DNA of 28,440 bases from Minisyncoccota bacterium (GTDB taxonomy: Bacteria > Patescibacteriota > Minisyncoccia > Minisyncoccales > PEYH01), in contig JAQTNP010000001.1 in the NCBI GenBank assembly GCA_028713795.1, positions 1-28,440 of the forward strand, in the 5' to 3' direction. Every line of letters begins with the position of its first letter. Within the stretch, counting starts at the first letter, position 1. Shown one piece after another: positions 15,923-24,869 of the stretch. Position numbers and translations under genes: made by a program. The notes beneath the pieces were generated by a model. That model made no database searches and was not told where the DNA came from. It saw nothing but the letters and a program-made list of their open reading frames with translations.

Positions 15923-15977
15923 CCTCCTCGTCTTAAGTTCTACCTATCCTTCTATCACAAAGCCATATATTATTCAA
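15923..15977 (-). promoter_or_regulatory. Putative promoter and SD of the orphan membrane-protein gene
   Basis: TTGAAT (15977-15972)-17-TAGAAG (15954-15949) with extended TG; SD GAGGAGG at 15929-15923. Confidence 0.5.
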
Positions 15978-16725
15978 TCTCAGTCAAGACCCTGCTCCCA
16001 TTCTTCGTGATTGCAATTGTATGCTCAAAATGGGCAACTAAAGAGTTGTCCATAGTGTAGTATGCAAAACCGTCTTTTCCTAATTTAATATGTTCTGTTC
16101 CCGCGCTAACCATTGGCTCAACGCATAAAACCATTCCTTCTTTTAAAACCGGCCCTGTACCCCTGGAGCCATAATTAAGGATTTCAGGGTCTTCATGCAA
16201 CTCCTTTCCTATCCCATGCCCGCATAGCTCTTTAATTACGAATAGGCCTCTTTTACTTACATATCTCTCAATAGTATTCCCAATATCCCCTATTGTATTT
16301 CCAGGCCTCATCTTTTTTATCGCTCTTTTCAATGCCTTTTTTGCAACCCTGATCAATCTTGCTTTTTCTTCATCAATCTCCCCTATCCCAATAGTAATAG
16401 CCATATCGGTGAATAGCCCCTCATATTGTATTCCCAGATCTAAAGACAGAATATCTCCATTCTGCAAGATATATTCTCCGGGTATTCCATGGACAATCAT
16501 ATCATTAGGAGAGGCACATAAAGCAGCAGGATATCTATTATGCCCTAAAAATGCAGGCTTGGCATTATTTTTTTTAATCAAATCTCTTGCTTTTAATTCC
16601 AAATCAGAAAGTTTTGTCCCAACTTTTGCTTCCAATCTTACTTCATTTAAAATTTTAGCCAGGATCTTTCCACCCCTGGCCATAATTTCTATCTGTTCTT
16701 TTGTTTTTAAGGAAATATTATTCAT
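15970..16725 (-). CDS. map: Methionine aminopeptidase type I
   Basis: S.ND.IVHGIP, GDILSLDLG, TDMAIT, GHGIG..LHEDP, EPM, AHFEHTI. Confidence 0.97.
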   Translation of the reverse strand: MNNISLKTKEQIEIMARGGKILAKILNEVRLEAKVGTKLSDLELKARDLIKKNNAKPAFLGHNRYPAALCASPNDMIVHGIPGEYILQNGDILSLDLGIQYEGLFTDMAITIGIGEIDEEKARLIRVAKKALKRAIKKMRPGNTIGDIGNTIERYVSKRGLFVIKELCGHGIGKELHEDPEILNYGSRGTGPVLKEGMVLCVEPMVSAGTEHIKLGKDGFAYYTMDNSLVAHFEHTIAITKNGSRVLTEIE

Positions 16726-17429
16726 TTTAAATCTAAGGCCTTCAAAATATTATTAAATATGACAGAGGGTGCTGGAGCAGCGCTAATTGTTTTTACAAAA
16801 TATTTGTTTTTCTTTAAATAATCAACAACAGGCATTGTCCTGTTCTTGTATTCCTGCAGCCTTACCTTTATGCTTTCGGGATCATCTAGTCCTTTTCTTT
16901 CTACCAACTTAGATCCGTCTAGAGGACAGGTTTTTAAATGCTTTGTATCATTATTGTAAAGAATAGGATGCCTCATTAATGTACAGATCATTCTATGAGA
17001 ATTTCTATACATTGTATCTTCCGGCTTTAAGGTTAAATAAATAGTTTTAATATTTTTCTTTTGATATAATTTTTCCAAAACTGGCATGACATTTTCTGCC
17101 TCATATAGGGTTCTAGGGGTTCCGGCTAAAACAATGCCTTGATTAGAGGCAGCTACTTTTTCAAATATTGATTTGCCCCAAGAAGATATTAATTCTGGGC
17201 TTATTAAAATTCCAGTCAGCCATCTTTTCTTTTCTTCTAGCAATGGATATTTCTTACCATTCAAGACCTCACACTCTCCTTTTTTGGCATTCATTACCTT
17301 GGCCTCAATTATTTTAGATGGTTCATAATAGTATAGTCCAAACTTATCAACTAAAAGAAGGGCCTGCGTTCCCTTTCCTGACCCAGGAGGACCCATAATA
17401 ATTACAACTGGTTTATTACACTTAACCAT
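16722..17429 (-). CDS. adk: Adenylate kinase (divergent)
   Basis: P-loop GPPGSGKGTQA, GTPRT..EA, LID with CPLDG, DD.E....RL..Y; position secY-adk-map. Confidence 0.88.
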   Translation of the reverse strand: MVKCNKPVVIIMGPPGSGKGTQALLLVDKFGLYYYEPSKIIEAKVMNAKKGECEVLNGKKYPLLEEKKRWLTGILISPELISSWGKSIFEKVAASNQGIVLAGTPRTLYEAENVMPVLEKLYQKKNIKTIYLTLKPEDTMYRNSHRMICTLMRHPILYNNDTKHLKTCPLDGSKLVERKGLDDPESIKVRLQEYKNRTMPVVDYLKKNKYFVKTISAAPAPSVIFNNILKALDLK

Positions 17430-17431
17430 AG

Positions 17432-18700
17432 CTATATCTTTTCGTATTCTCTCATCTGCAATTGAGAGTTGATTTGTTTAATAGTATCTAATACAACAGA
17501 TACGATAATCAAAACAGATGTTCCTCCTAACAAGAAACTAAATGAGGTAATATTAGTCAATCCTTCAATAATTGAAGGCAATACGGCAATTAAAGCTAGA
17601 AATAATGCTCCGATAAACAAAACTCTATGCAATATGAATGCAATATATTTTGCAGTTGACGGACCTGGCCTAATTCCGGGCACAAATCCTCCCATTTTCT
17701 GCAGGTTCTCAGAAATTGATTTGGGATCAAAGGTAACCATCGTATAAAAGAATGTAAAGGCAAATACAAGGGCAAAATACATAATTCCGTGGCTCCAGCC
17801 ATTGGAAAAGAAATTAGAAATATTTTGGGCTATTCCAGATCCCTTTCCGATAAAATTAGTGACCATTCCAGGAATCATTAATATGGACATAGCAAAAATG
17901 ATAGGGATAACTCCAGCGGGATTAATGTTCATTGGAAGATAGGTAGAAACTCCTCCATACATCTTGTTCCCCCTAACTCTTTTAGCATATGAAACAGGTA
18001 TATTTCTCCTGCCCTCAGTGATCAAAACAACGCCAAAGACGATTATAACAATGGCTGCTATAAAGAAAAGATAGGCGGGCAGCTGATCTCTAGTCCCTCC
18101 CCTGATAGCTTCTAGAATGCTAATTGGAAATCTTGCCACTATGCCGGCAAAGATTAATAGAGATACTCCGTTTCCAATCCCCTTTTCAGTAATTAATTCT
18201 CCCAGCCACATTAAAAACACGCTTCCAGCGGTAACAGTAATTATTGAAGTCAGCAAGGTCAGGCCGGAATCAATGGAAATAGCTCCCTGGCTTTTAAACA
18301 AAGTAAGCATTCCATATGCTTCCATGGCTGCCAATGGAATAGTGGCAATCCTAGCATACTGGTTAAATTTCTTTCTTCCCGCTTCCCCTTCTTCTTTATA
18401 CATCTTTTGCAAAGAAGGAAAAATTAAAGTCAGCAATTCAAAAATGATAATTGCGGTAATGTATGGACCCAAGCCAAGCATGGCAATGGAAATGGTAGAT
18501 AATGCTCCTCCAGATAATACATTGGCAAATCCTAATGCCTGGAATTTATTAAAAAATTCAGCCAAATAGGTAGTATCTACCCCTGGCATAGGGATGCCAG
18601 ACATAATCCTGAATACGACAAAAAGCAAAAGGATAAAAAATATCTTTTTCCTTAAGTCCTTTATCTTAAAAATTTGAGTAAATTGATTTAGAAGTGCCAT
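17432..18700 (-). CDS. secY: Preprotein translocase SecY
   Basis: LGLGPYITA.II..LL, WLGELITEKGIGNGVSLLIFAGI, AGVIPIIFA, PGIRPG, GGTS.LI.V.V. Confidence 0.98.
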   Translation of the reverse strand: MALLNQFTQIFKIKDLRKKIFFILLLFVVFRIMSGIPMPGVDTTYLAEFFNKFQALGFANVLSGGALSTISIAMLGLGPYITAIIIFELLTLIFPSLQKMYKEEGEAGRKKFNQYARIATIPLAAMEAYGMLTLFKSQGAISIDSGLTLLTSIITVTAGSVFLMWLGELITEKGIGNGVSLLIFAGIVARFPISILEAIRGGTRDQLPAYLFFIAAIVIIVFGVVLITEGRRNIPVSYAKRVRGNKMYGGVSTYLPMNINPAGVIPIIFAMSILMIPGMVTNFIGKGSGIAQNISNFFSNGWSHGIMYFALVFAFTFFYTMVTFDPKSISENLQKMGGFVPGIRPGPSTAKYIAFILHRVLFIGALFLALIAVLPSIIEGLTNITSFSFLLGGTSVLIIVSVVLDTIKQINSQLQMREYEKI

Positions 18701-18703
18701 AAA

Positions 18704-19267
18704 CTATTTTTTAGTTTTAGCTTTTTTTGGTTTTTCAACTTTCTTCTCAACTTTCTTTTCTTCTTTTTTTACTTCTGTCTTTTCTTTCTTTATTCTTTTT
18801 TTCTTTTCTTTGACTACTGGCTCTTTAATCTTTAAAGTGTTGGCCTTGCCCCCTGCTTTTTCAATCTTTTCCTTTGCTTTATTGGAATACAAGCAATCAT
18901 TAATAGTTAAATTCTTTTTAATATCTCCTTTGGCTAAAATCTTTACAACCAATACCCTTCCTAAAGGATTTTTTACAATTCCTTTTTCTATCAAATCCTT
19001 TGGAAATATATTGGCTCCTTCTTCAAACTTCTTTTCAATGGTAGACAAATCAACAATAGCCGGCTTGTAATTCAAAGAGTTAAATTTATACCCCCTTAAT
19101 TTAGGATATCTCTTTATCACGCTTCTGACAATTGGAGGAAGTTTTCTCCCGGATCTGGCATTCTGTCCCTTTAATCCTTTCCCAGAATATGTTCCCTTTA
19201 TTCCGCCCCTTCCAACTCTTTTTTTACTCTTCCTTTTTGTCTTCGGTTTTAATTGGTGGATTTGCAT
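18704..19267 (-). CDS. rplO: 50S ribosomal protein L15 with Lys/Glu-rich C-terminal tail
   Basis: KRVGRGG..G..SGKG.KGQ.ARSG, KIL.KG, S.KAKEKIEKAGG. Confidence 0.95.
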   Translation of the reverse strand: MQIHQLKPKTKRKSKKRVGRGGIKGTYSGKGLKGQNARSGRKLPPIVRSVIKRYPKLRGYKFNSLNYKPAIVDLSTIEKKFEEGANIFPKDLIEKGIVKNPLGRVLVVKILAKGDIKKNLTINDCLYSNKAKEKIEKAGGKANTLKIKEPVVKEKKKRIKKEKTEVKKEEKKVEKKVEKPKKAKTKK

Positions 19268-19748
19268 TTTTCCCTTTTACTTTTAATTGTTTTAAGGCCT
19301 TTACAGTAGCTCCGGCATTATTCAACTTATTCCTTGTTGATCCTAAAATCTTTGAGGAGATATCTTTAATCCCTGCTAATTGGCAGATTACCCTAACAGT
19401 TCCTCCTGCAACCAATCCCCTTCCTTTTCTCTGAGGTCTCAAAAGTATCTCTGCGGCTCCAAACTTAGCATATGTTTCATGAGGAATAGTATCATTTAAA
19501 ATTGGCACGTCAAACACATTCTTTCTGGCTGATTTCTCTGCTTTTTCTACTGCCTGGGCTACATCCTGTCCTTTTCCTGAGCCAACTCCGATCTTTCCCT
19601 TTCTGTTTCCTACAACCATAATAGCTCTGAATCTTAAAGTTTTTCCTCCAGAAGTAACCTTAGTTACTCTCCCAATCTCCAAAACCTCTGAGTCAAACTC
19701 TGATTTTTTCTCCTGAAATTTATTTGGTCTGTCTTTTTTTGAAAACAT
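19224..19748 (-). CDS. rpsE: 30S ribosomal protein S5
   Basis: RVTKVTSGGK..RFRA..VVGN, G.GLVAGG.VR, GIKDI.SK.LGS.N.LN. Confidence 0.97.
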   Translation of the reverse strand: MFSKKDRPNKFQEKKSEFDSEVLEIGRVTKVTSGGKTLRFRAIMVVGNRKGKIGVGSGKGQDVAQAVEKAEKSARKNVFDVPILNDTIPHETYAKFGAAEILLRPQRKGRGLVAGGTVRVICQLAGIKDISSKILGSTRNKLNNAGATVKALKQLKVKGKNANPPIKTEDKKEE

Positions 19749-19750
19749 GT

Positions 19751-20134
19751 TTAAAATTTTAATCCTGTTCTGGCTCCCTCAGCCAAGGCCTTTATCCTTC
19801 CATGATACTGGTATCCTCCTCTATCGAAAACAACCTCTGAGATTCCTTTTTCTTTGGCTAAAGATGCAATCTTTTCTCCCACCTCAAAAGACAATGCAAT
19901 CTTTCCTTTTATTTCTTTCCCTTCTTTATCCTTAACAGATTTTTTGGTTTTAATATCAAAGTCGCTTACAACTCCAATTATTTTCTTAGCAGCATCATCT
20001 ATCAGTTGAGCATAGATATGCTGATTGGATCTGAATATGCAAAGGCGAGGCCTTTTAGCATTTCCTGAAATCTTTGCCCTTATCCTTTTATGCCTTCTTA
20101 TCCTATGTTCAGTTTTTAAAAAAGTTTTTTCCAT
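19751..20134 (-). CDS. rplR: 50S ribosomal protein L18
   Basis: RPRL.IFRSN.HIYAQLIDD, VVFDRGGY.YHGRIKALAEGAR. Confidence 0.97.
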   Translation of the reverse strand: MEKTFLKTEHRIRRHKRIRAKISGNAKRPRLCIFRSNQHIYAQLIDDAAKKIIGVVSDFDIKTKKSVKDKEGKEIKGKIALSFEVGEKIASLAKEKGISEVVFDRGGYQYHGRIKALAEGARTGLKF

Positions 20135-20136
20135 AA

Positions 20137-20679
20137 TTATGCAGTAGCTGTGGCTTTCTTGCCAAGCTTTCTCCTAATTTTTTCCCCGGCATACCTGATT
20201 CCCTTTCCTTTATATGGTTCTGGAGGTCTGATCTTTCTAATTTGGGCGGCAATCTCTCCAACCATCTTTTTATCAGCTCCAGAAACTGTAATCACATTCT
20301 TTGTAACATTAAACTCTATTCCTTGCGGCTTCTCAACCTTTACGGGATGAGAAAATCCGACTTCAACAATCAAATTAGAACCTTCAATATTTGCCTTATA
20401 CCCTACTCCTTCTATCTCTAATTTCTTTTCAAATCCTGAATGAACTCCGTTAACGGCATTGGCAATCAAGGCTCTCATTGAACCCCACAAAGCAGAAGTT
20501 TCTTTTTCTAAAGAAATTGGACTTAAGACAATCTGATTGTCTTTCATTTCAATCTTTACCTCAGGCCTGGTTTTTAAAGTAATCTCTCCTTTTGGCCCCT
20601 TAACAACAACTCTTCCTTCTTCCAAGGAAACATTCACTCCTGAGGGTATATCAATTGGTTTTTTTCCTATTCTAGACAT
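20137..20679 (-). CDS. rplF: 50S ribosomal protein L6
   Basis: MSRIGKKPI, VKGPKG, GVGYKA, R.PEPYKGKGIRY. Confidence 0.98.
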   Translation of the reverse strand: MSRIGKKPIDIPSGVNVSLEEGRVVVKGPKGEITLKTRPEVKIEMKDNQIVLSPISLEKETSALWGSMRALIANAVNGVHSGFEKKLEIEGVGYKANIEGSNLIVEVGFSHPVKVEKPQGIEFNVTKNVITVSGADKKMVGEIAAQIRKIRPPEPYKGKGIRYAGEKIRRKLGKKATATA

Positions 20680-20683
20680 ATGT

Positions 20684-21073
20684 TTACCAAATCTGACAAA
20701 TTACTTCTCCTCCAAGACCTTTTTTATGCGCTTCTTTGACAGTCATTAAACCTTGCGAAGTAGAAACAATCTTTAATCCGTATCCAGCTCTTTTCAAGAT
20801 ATCATGCTTTCCTGAATATATCCTCCTAGAAGGCTTAGAAATTCTTTTTATTTCTTTAATTAAAGGTTCCTTTCCTTCATATTTTAAATTAAGCTTCAAG
20901 ATCTTATTTGTCTTTTTAAACTTTTTCTCTATCTTATCAATCAGCCCTTCTTTATTTAAAATATCGGCAATCTGATATTTAATCTTGGAATATGGCAAAT
21001 CAACTGACGGGGCTCCCACAGCTTGCGCATTCTTTATTCTTACAAACATGTCGCTTATTGGATCTGTATGCAT
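20684..21073 (-). CDS. rpsH: 30S ribosomal protein S8
   Basis: DPISDM..RIKNA, RISKPSRRIY, IVSTSQGLMT, GGEVICQIW. Confidence 0.98.
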   Translation of the reverse strand: MHTDPISDMFVRIKNAQAVGAPSVDLPYSKIKYQIADILNKEGLIDKIEKKFKKTNKILKLNLKYEGKEPLIKEIKRISKPSRRIYSGKHDILKRAGYGLKIVSTSQGLMTVKEAHKKGLGGEVICQIW

Positions 21074-21083
21074 ATTATTAAAA

Positions 21084-21269
21084 TTACCAACTGGCTTTTC
21101 TTACTCCCGGCAACAAACCTTTATTAGCTAGTTCCCTGAAGCAAATCCTGCACAAACCAAAATCCCTGATAAAAGCATGCTTTCTGCCACAGCGAAAACA
21201 TCTATTCTCTTTTCTTGAGCTGAATTTTGGTTTTCTTTTTGCTTTTGCTATTTTTGCTTCTGTTGCCAT
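21084..21269 (-). CDS. rpsZ: 30S ribosomal protein S14 type Z
   Basis: 61 aa, RCFRCGR...[16 protein letters not shown]. Confidence 0.96.
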   Translation of the reverse strand: MATEAKIAKAKRKPKFSSRKENRCFRCGRKHAFIRDFGLCRICFRELANKGLLPGVRKASW

Positions 21270-21270
21270 A

Positions 21271-21825
21271 TTATTTTATTGGAAATCCGTAAAGTTTAAA
21301 TAGTTCTATTGCTTCTTCTTGATTTTTAGCACTGCTGACAATAGTAACTTCAAAGGGAAACATTCTTTTCACGCTTTCTGGAGAAACCTCAGGAAATACG
21401 ATGTGTTCCTTTATTCCTATCGTTAAATTGCCAGACTTGTCAATTGTTTTCTTATCTATCCCTTTAAAATCAGAGGTTCTTGGCAAAGCGATATTAATCA
21501 ATCTGGAAACAAAATCATACATTTTCTTTCCCCTCAGGGTTGTCTTGGCTCCAATCACCATTCCAGCTCTTGTCTTAAAAGAAGAAATAGAAGTCTTGGC
21601 AGTAGTGAATACTGGTTTCTGCCCAATAATCAAGGATAAATCATCGGCAAACTCTTGAGCTATTTTGTCTCTTTCTGTCTTTGATTTTGCAGCAACCAGC
21701 TTGCCAAAACCAACATTAACTACAACCTTTTTAATCTTAGGCACAGCCATTACATTCTTATACCCCATTTTCTTTACCATCTCGGGCACAATTACCTTTT
21801 TGTATAATTCTTGTAAAGTTTCCAT
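21271..21825 (-). CDS. rplE: 50S ribosomal protein L5
   Basis: [44 protein letters not shown]. Start moved to ATG 21825. Confidence 0.96.
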   Translation of the reverse strand: METLQELYKKVIVPEMVKKMGYKNVMAVPKIKKVVVNVGFGKLVAAKSKTERDKIAQEFADDLSLIIGQKPVFTTAKTSISSFKTRAGMVIGAKTTLRGKKMYDFVSRLINIALPRTSDFKGIDKKTIDKSGNLTIGIKEHIVFPEVSPESVKRMFPFEVTIVSSAKNQEEAIELFKLYGFPIK

Positions 21826-21830
21826 GTCTT

Positions 21831-22148
21831 TTAAAATACTTCTTTGCACTTTTTGCAAATCCTTGATTTTCTGACCTTTGAATCAATAGCATTCCTTTTA
21901 ATATTTATCCTTGTCGCTTTACCGCATTTAGGACAAACAATCATTGCCTTGCAGGCATTAATGAGTCCCTCTTTGGCAACTATCTGACCCTTTTCCCCTT
22001 CTTTCTTAGGCTTCTGGTGTTTTTTTAACATATTCACCCCTTCAACCATAATCCTTCCTTCTTTTGGAAGCACTCTTAAAACCTTGGCTTTTCTGCCTTT
22101 ATCATCTCCTGAAATTATCATTACAATGTCGTCTTTTTTGATATTCAT
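21831..22148 (-). CDS. rplX: 50S ribosomal protein L24
   Basis: IKKDD.V.IISGDDKG, VEGVN..KKH.KP. Start moved to ATG 22148. Confidence 0.95.
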   Translation of the reverse strand: MNIKKDDIVMIISGDDKGRKAKVLRVLPKEGRIMVEGVNMLKKHQKPKKEGEKGQIVAKEGLINACKAMIVCPKCGKATRINIKRNAIDSKVRKSRICKKCKEVF

Positions 22149-22152
22149 GCTT

Positions 22153-22524
22153 TTAAATGATTTCTGATGCCAAAGCAACAATTCCATCAAAACCTTTTTC
22201 CCTTATCTCTCTTGGAATAGGCCCGAAGACTCTTCCTCCTTTTGGATTTTTTGTTTGGGCATCAAGAATAATTATGGCGTTCTCATCAAATCTGATATAT
22301 GATCCGTCTTTTCTTCTAAAAGGCCTTCTCTGTCTTACAATTACAGCTCTGGTAACCTCATGATTCTTTACAATTTTTCTTGGTTCGGCTTTTTTAACTA
22401 CAACAACGATAATATCGCCCAATTGAGCTGTTCTTTTTCTGCTTCCGCCCAATACCTTAATACACTGGGCAATCTTTGCTCCGGTATTGTCGGCAACCTT
22501 TAGCATTGTTCTCAATTGAATCAT
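22153..22524 (-). CDS. rplN: 50S ribosomal protein L14
   Basis: MIQ..T.LKVADNTGAK, IRFDENA, RVFGPI.RE. Confidence 0.98.
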   Translation of the reverse strand: MIQLRTMLKVADNTGAKIAQCIKVLGGSRKRTAQLGDIIVVVVKKAEPRKIVKNHEVTRAVIVRQRRPFRRKDGSYIRFDENAIIILDAQTKNPKGGRVFGPIPREIREKGFDGIVALASEII

Positions 22525-22525
22525 A

Positions 22526-22783
22526 TTATTCTTCTGCTTTTATTTGTTGGGCTATCCTTTCTACAACTCTCCACTTTTTATCCTTTGAAATCGGTTTGCA
22601 TTCTTCAATCACTGCAGTATCTCCGATATTGCATTCATTCTTTTCATCGTGAGCTTTATATCTCATATGGGATTTGTATCTCATTTGAAGCTTTTGATGA
22701 AGTTTTACAGATTCAACCTCAACAACAATCGTCTTCTGCATTTTGTTTGATACTACTCGACCTGTTAATCTTCTTTTTGCCAT
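22526..22783 (-). CDS. rpsQ: 30S ribosomal protein S17
   Basis: G.VVS.KMQKT.VV, YKAHDE, GD...I.EC.PISK.K.W. Confidence 0.97.
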   Translation of the reverse strand: MAKRRLTGRVVSNKMQKTIVVEVESVKLHQKLQMRYKSHMRYKAHDEKNECNIGDTAVIEECKPISKDKKWRVVERIAQQIKAEE

Positions 22784-22784
22784 A

Positions 22785-22970
22785 TTATTTATTTAATTTC
22801 TTTAATGTCATAATCCTGGCTATTGTTTTCCTTATCTCTCCCATTTTCTTTACATTCTTAACCTTAGCCGAGGCCAAATCAAAATGCAATTGCCTCAACT
22901 CTTCCCTTAATTGGGTTTCCATTCTTTTCAATTCTTCAGCTGACCTTTTCTTTAATTCTTTAATTTCCAT
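22785..22970 (-). CDS. rpmC: 50S ribosomal protein L29
   Basis: L..EL..L.F, RK.IARI.T; position between rplP and rpsQ. Confidence 0.93.
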   Translation of the reverse strand: MEIKELKKRSAEELKRMETQLREELRQLHFDLASAKVKNVKKMGEIRKTIARIMTLKKLNK

Positions 22971-22971
22971 A

Positions 22972-23376
22972 TTATTCTTTGATGAATTTCATTTTAATTG
23001 GAATCTTGGCAGAGGCCTTTTTAAATGCCTCTCTTGCCATAGTCTCATCCAGGCCTGCCAATTCAAAAATTATCCTTCCCGGCTTGATCGGAAAAACATA
23101 GTGATCCACTGCACCCTTTCCTCCTCCCAATGGCGCTTCTACCCCCTTACTAGTTACCGGCTTATCAGGAAATACCCTGATCCATAATTTCCCTCCTTTT
23201 TTCAAATATCTGATAATAGCTCTTCTGGCAGCTTCAATCTGTTTTGCAGTAATCCATTTGGTCCCCATGGCTTTCAAGCCATAGGTGCCAAAAGCCAACT
23301 CAGTCCCGCGGCTTTCAACCCCCTTGCTGGTTCCTTTCTGCATCTTTCTGTATTTTACTTTCTTTGGCGCAAACAT
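22972..23376 (-). CDS. rplP: 50S ribosomal protein L16
   Basis: PKKVKYRK, QIEAARR, WIRVFPDKP, GGGKG. Confidence 0.98.
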   Translation of the reverse strand: MFAPKKVKYRKMQKGTSKGVESRGTELAFGTYGLKAMGTKWITAKQIEAARRAIIRYLKKGGKLWIRVFPDKPVTSKGVEAPLGGGKGAVDHYVFPIKPGRIIFELAGLDETMAREAFKKASAKIPIKMKFIKE

Positions 23377-23378
23377 GT

Positions 23379-24059
23379 TTATTCTTTAATATTTTCTTCT
23401 TTATCAATAAATTTATCGCCTTTGTAAATCCAGGTCTTTACACCAATAATTCCATAGCTGCAATGGGCCTGGGCAAAACCATAGTCAATATCTGCTCTTA
23501 ATGTCTGTTTTGGAAGCCTTCCTTTTTTCAACCATTCTCTACGAGAAATAGTAACGCCATTCAATCTTCCAGAAACTTCAATCTTAATTCCTTGCGCTTC
23601 TTTATATCCTATTGCTTTGGCAATACCTTCCTTTATTACTTTCCTATATGGCATTCTCTTTTCTAATCTTTGGGCAACCCATTGGGATACTAAAGACGCA
23701 TTAATCCAAGGGTTTCTGATTTCTCTGATTTCCATTTTCAAATCTCTTTTCTTTACAATAACAGGACTCAATTTATCCAATTGTTTTTCTAAAGAGGCTT
23801 TTAATTCCTCTACTCCTTTGCCTCCTCTGCCGATAATCAAACCTGGCCTGGCAGTATTAATGATTACATTGACTTTTCCTGCAGATCTTTCAATTTCAAC
23901 TTTCTCAACAGCTCCGTCTTTCAATTTATTCTCCAAAAAGGTGCGAATGATAAAGTCCTCTTCAAGATATTTTTGAAGTTCTTTTTTGGCAAACCATCTA
24001 GAATCCCAGCCTACCAAATATCCTAAACGAAAACCTTTTGGATGAACCTTATGAGACAT
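23379..24059 (-). CDS. rpsC: 30S ribosomal protein S3
   Basis: KVHP.GFRLG, TARPGLIIGRGG, GIKI.VSGRLNG, PKQTLRADIDYG, GVKTWIYKG. Confidence 0.98.
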   Translation of the reverse strand: MSHKVHPKGFRLGYLVGWDSRWFAKKELQKYLEEDFIIRTFLENKLKDGAVEKVEIERSAGKVNVIINTARPGLIIGRGGKGVEELKASLEKQLDKLSPVIVKKRDLKMEIREIRNPWINASLVSQWVAQRLEKRMPYRKVIKEGIAKAIGYKEAQGIKIEVSGRLNGVTISRREWLKKGRLPKQTLRADIDYGFAQAHCSYGIIGVKTWIYKGDKFIDKEENIKE

Positions 24060-24540
24060 TTTTCTTTGTTGTTTTCTTTTTAATTATTTTCTTTGGAACA
24101 ACTTTTTTTGTTGTTTTTCTAACAACTTTTTTCTTTTCTTCTTTCTTCTCTTCTTTTTTAACCTCAATCTTTTCTTCTTTCTTTATAATTTTCTTTTCTG
24201 TTTTTTTACCTTTTTCGTCTAAAATCACAATTATATGACTGCTTCTTTTAATAATTTCATTTGCTTGGCCTCTGGAAACTGGTCTCCATCTTTTTAATTT
24301 CGGCCCTTCATTTACAAAAATTCTGGCGATATATAAATTATCTGGGTTTAATTGAAAATTATTCTTGGCATTAGCAACTGCCGACTTAATCAATTTAGCA
24401 ATCGGCCTGGCAGATCTATTATCAACAAAAGACAATTCATCCAAAGCTCTTTGGACCATTTTCCCCCTTACCACGTCAGCAACTAATCTTACTTTCCTCG
24501 GGGCTACTCTTAAATTGCTTAATTTTGCTTTTACTTCCAT
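24049..24540 (-). CDS. rplV: 50S ribosomal protein L22 with long Lys-rich C-terminal tail
   Basis: APRKVRLVAD.VRG, KSAVANA, VNEGP.LKR.RP..RG, SSHI.V.L. Confidence 0.97.
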   Translation of the reverse strand: MEVKAKLSNLRVAPRKVRLVADVVRGKMVQRALDELSFVDNRSARPIAKLIKSAVANAKNNFQLNPDNLYIARIFVNEGPKLKRWRPVSRGQANEIIKRSSHIIVILDEKGKKTEKKIIKKEEKIEVKKEEKKEEKKKVVRKTTKKVVPKKIIKKKTTKKNVS

Positions 24541-24541
24541 A

Positions 24542-24865
24542 TTATTTCTTTGTTTCTGGTGCCGGAGCAGCTGCCTTCGCCTCTGCTTTTCCCTCTATCT
24601 CTCTTTGCATCTTGCCCCCATGTCTGGCAAATCTTGTTGTTGGGGCAAACTCTCCTAATTTATGCCCTATCATATCTTCAGATACTTTTACATTAATGAA
24701 CGTCTTTCCGTTGTAAACGCTGAATGTAAATCCAATCATTTCTGGAGAAAGAGTTGAACGCCTAGCCCAAGTCTTAATCGGATTAGCATCATCTGGCTTT
24801 CCTTTTTGTACTTTCTTTAAAAGGTTTGGATCAATGAATGGACCTTTTTTTAGTGATCTTGCCAT
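24542..24865 (-). CDS. rpsS: 30S ribosomal protein S19 with C-terminal extension
   Basis: [27 protein letters not shown]. Confidence 0.98.
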   Translation of the reverse strand: MARSLKKGPFIDPNLLKKVQKGKPDDANPIKTWARRSTLSPEMIGFTFSVYNGKTFINVKVSEDMIGHKLGEFAPTTRFARHGGKMQREIEGKAEAKAAAPAPETKK

Positions 24866-24869
24866 ATGT

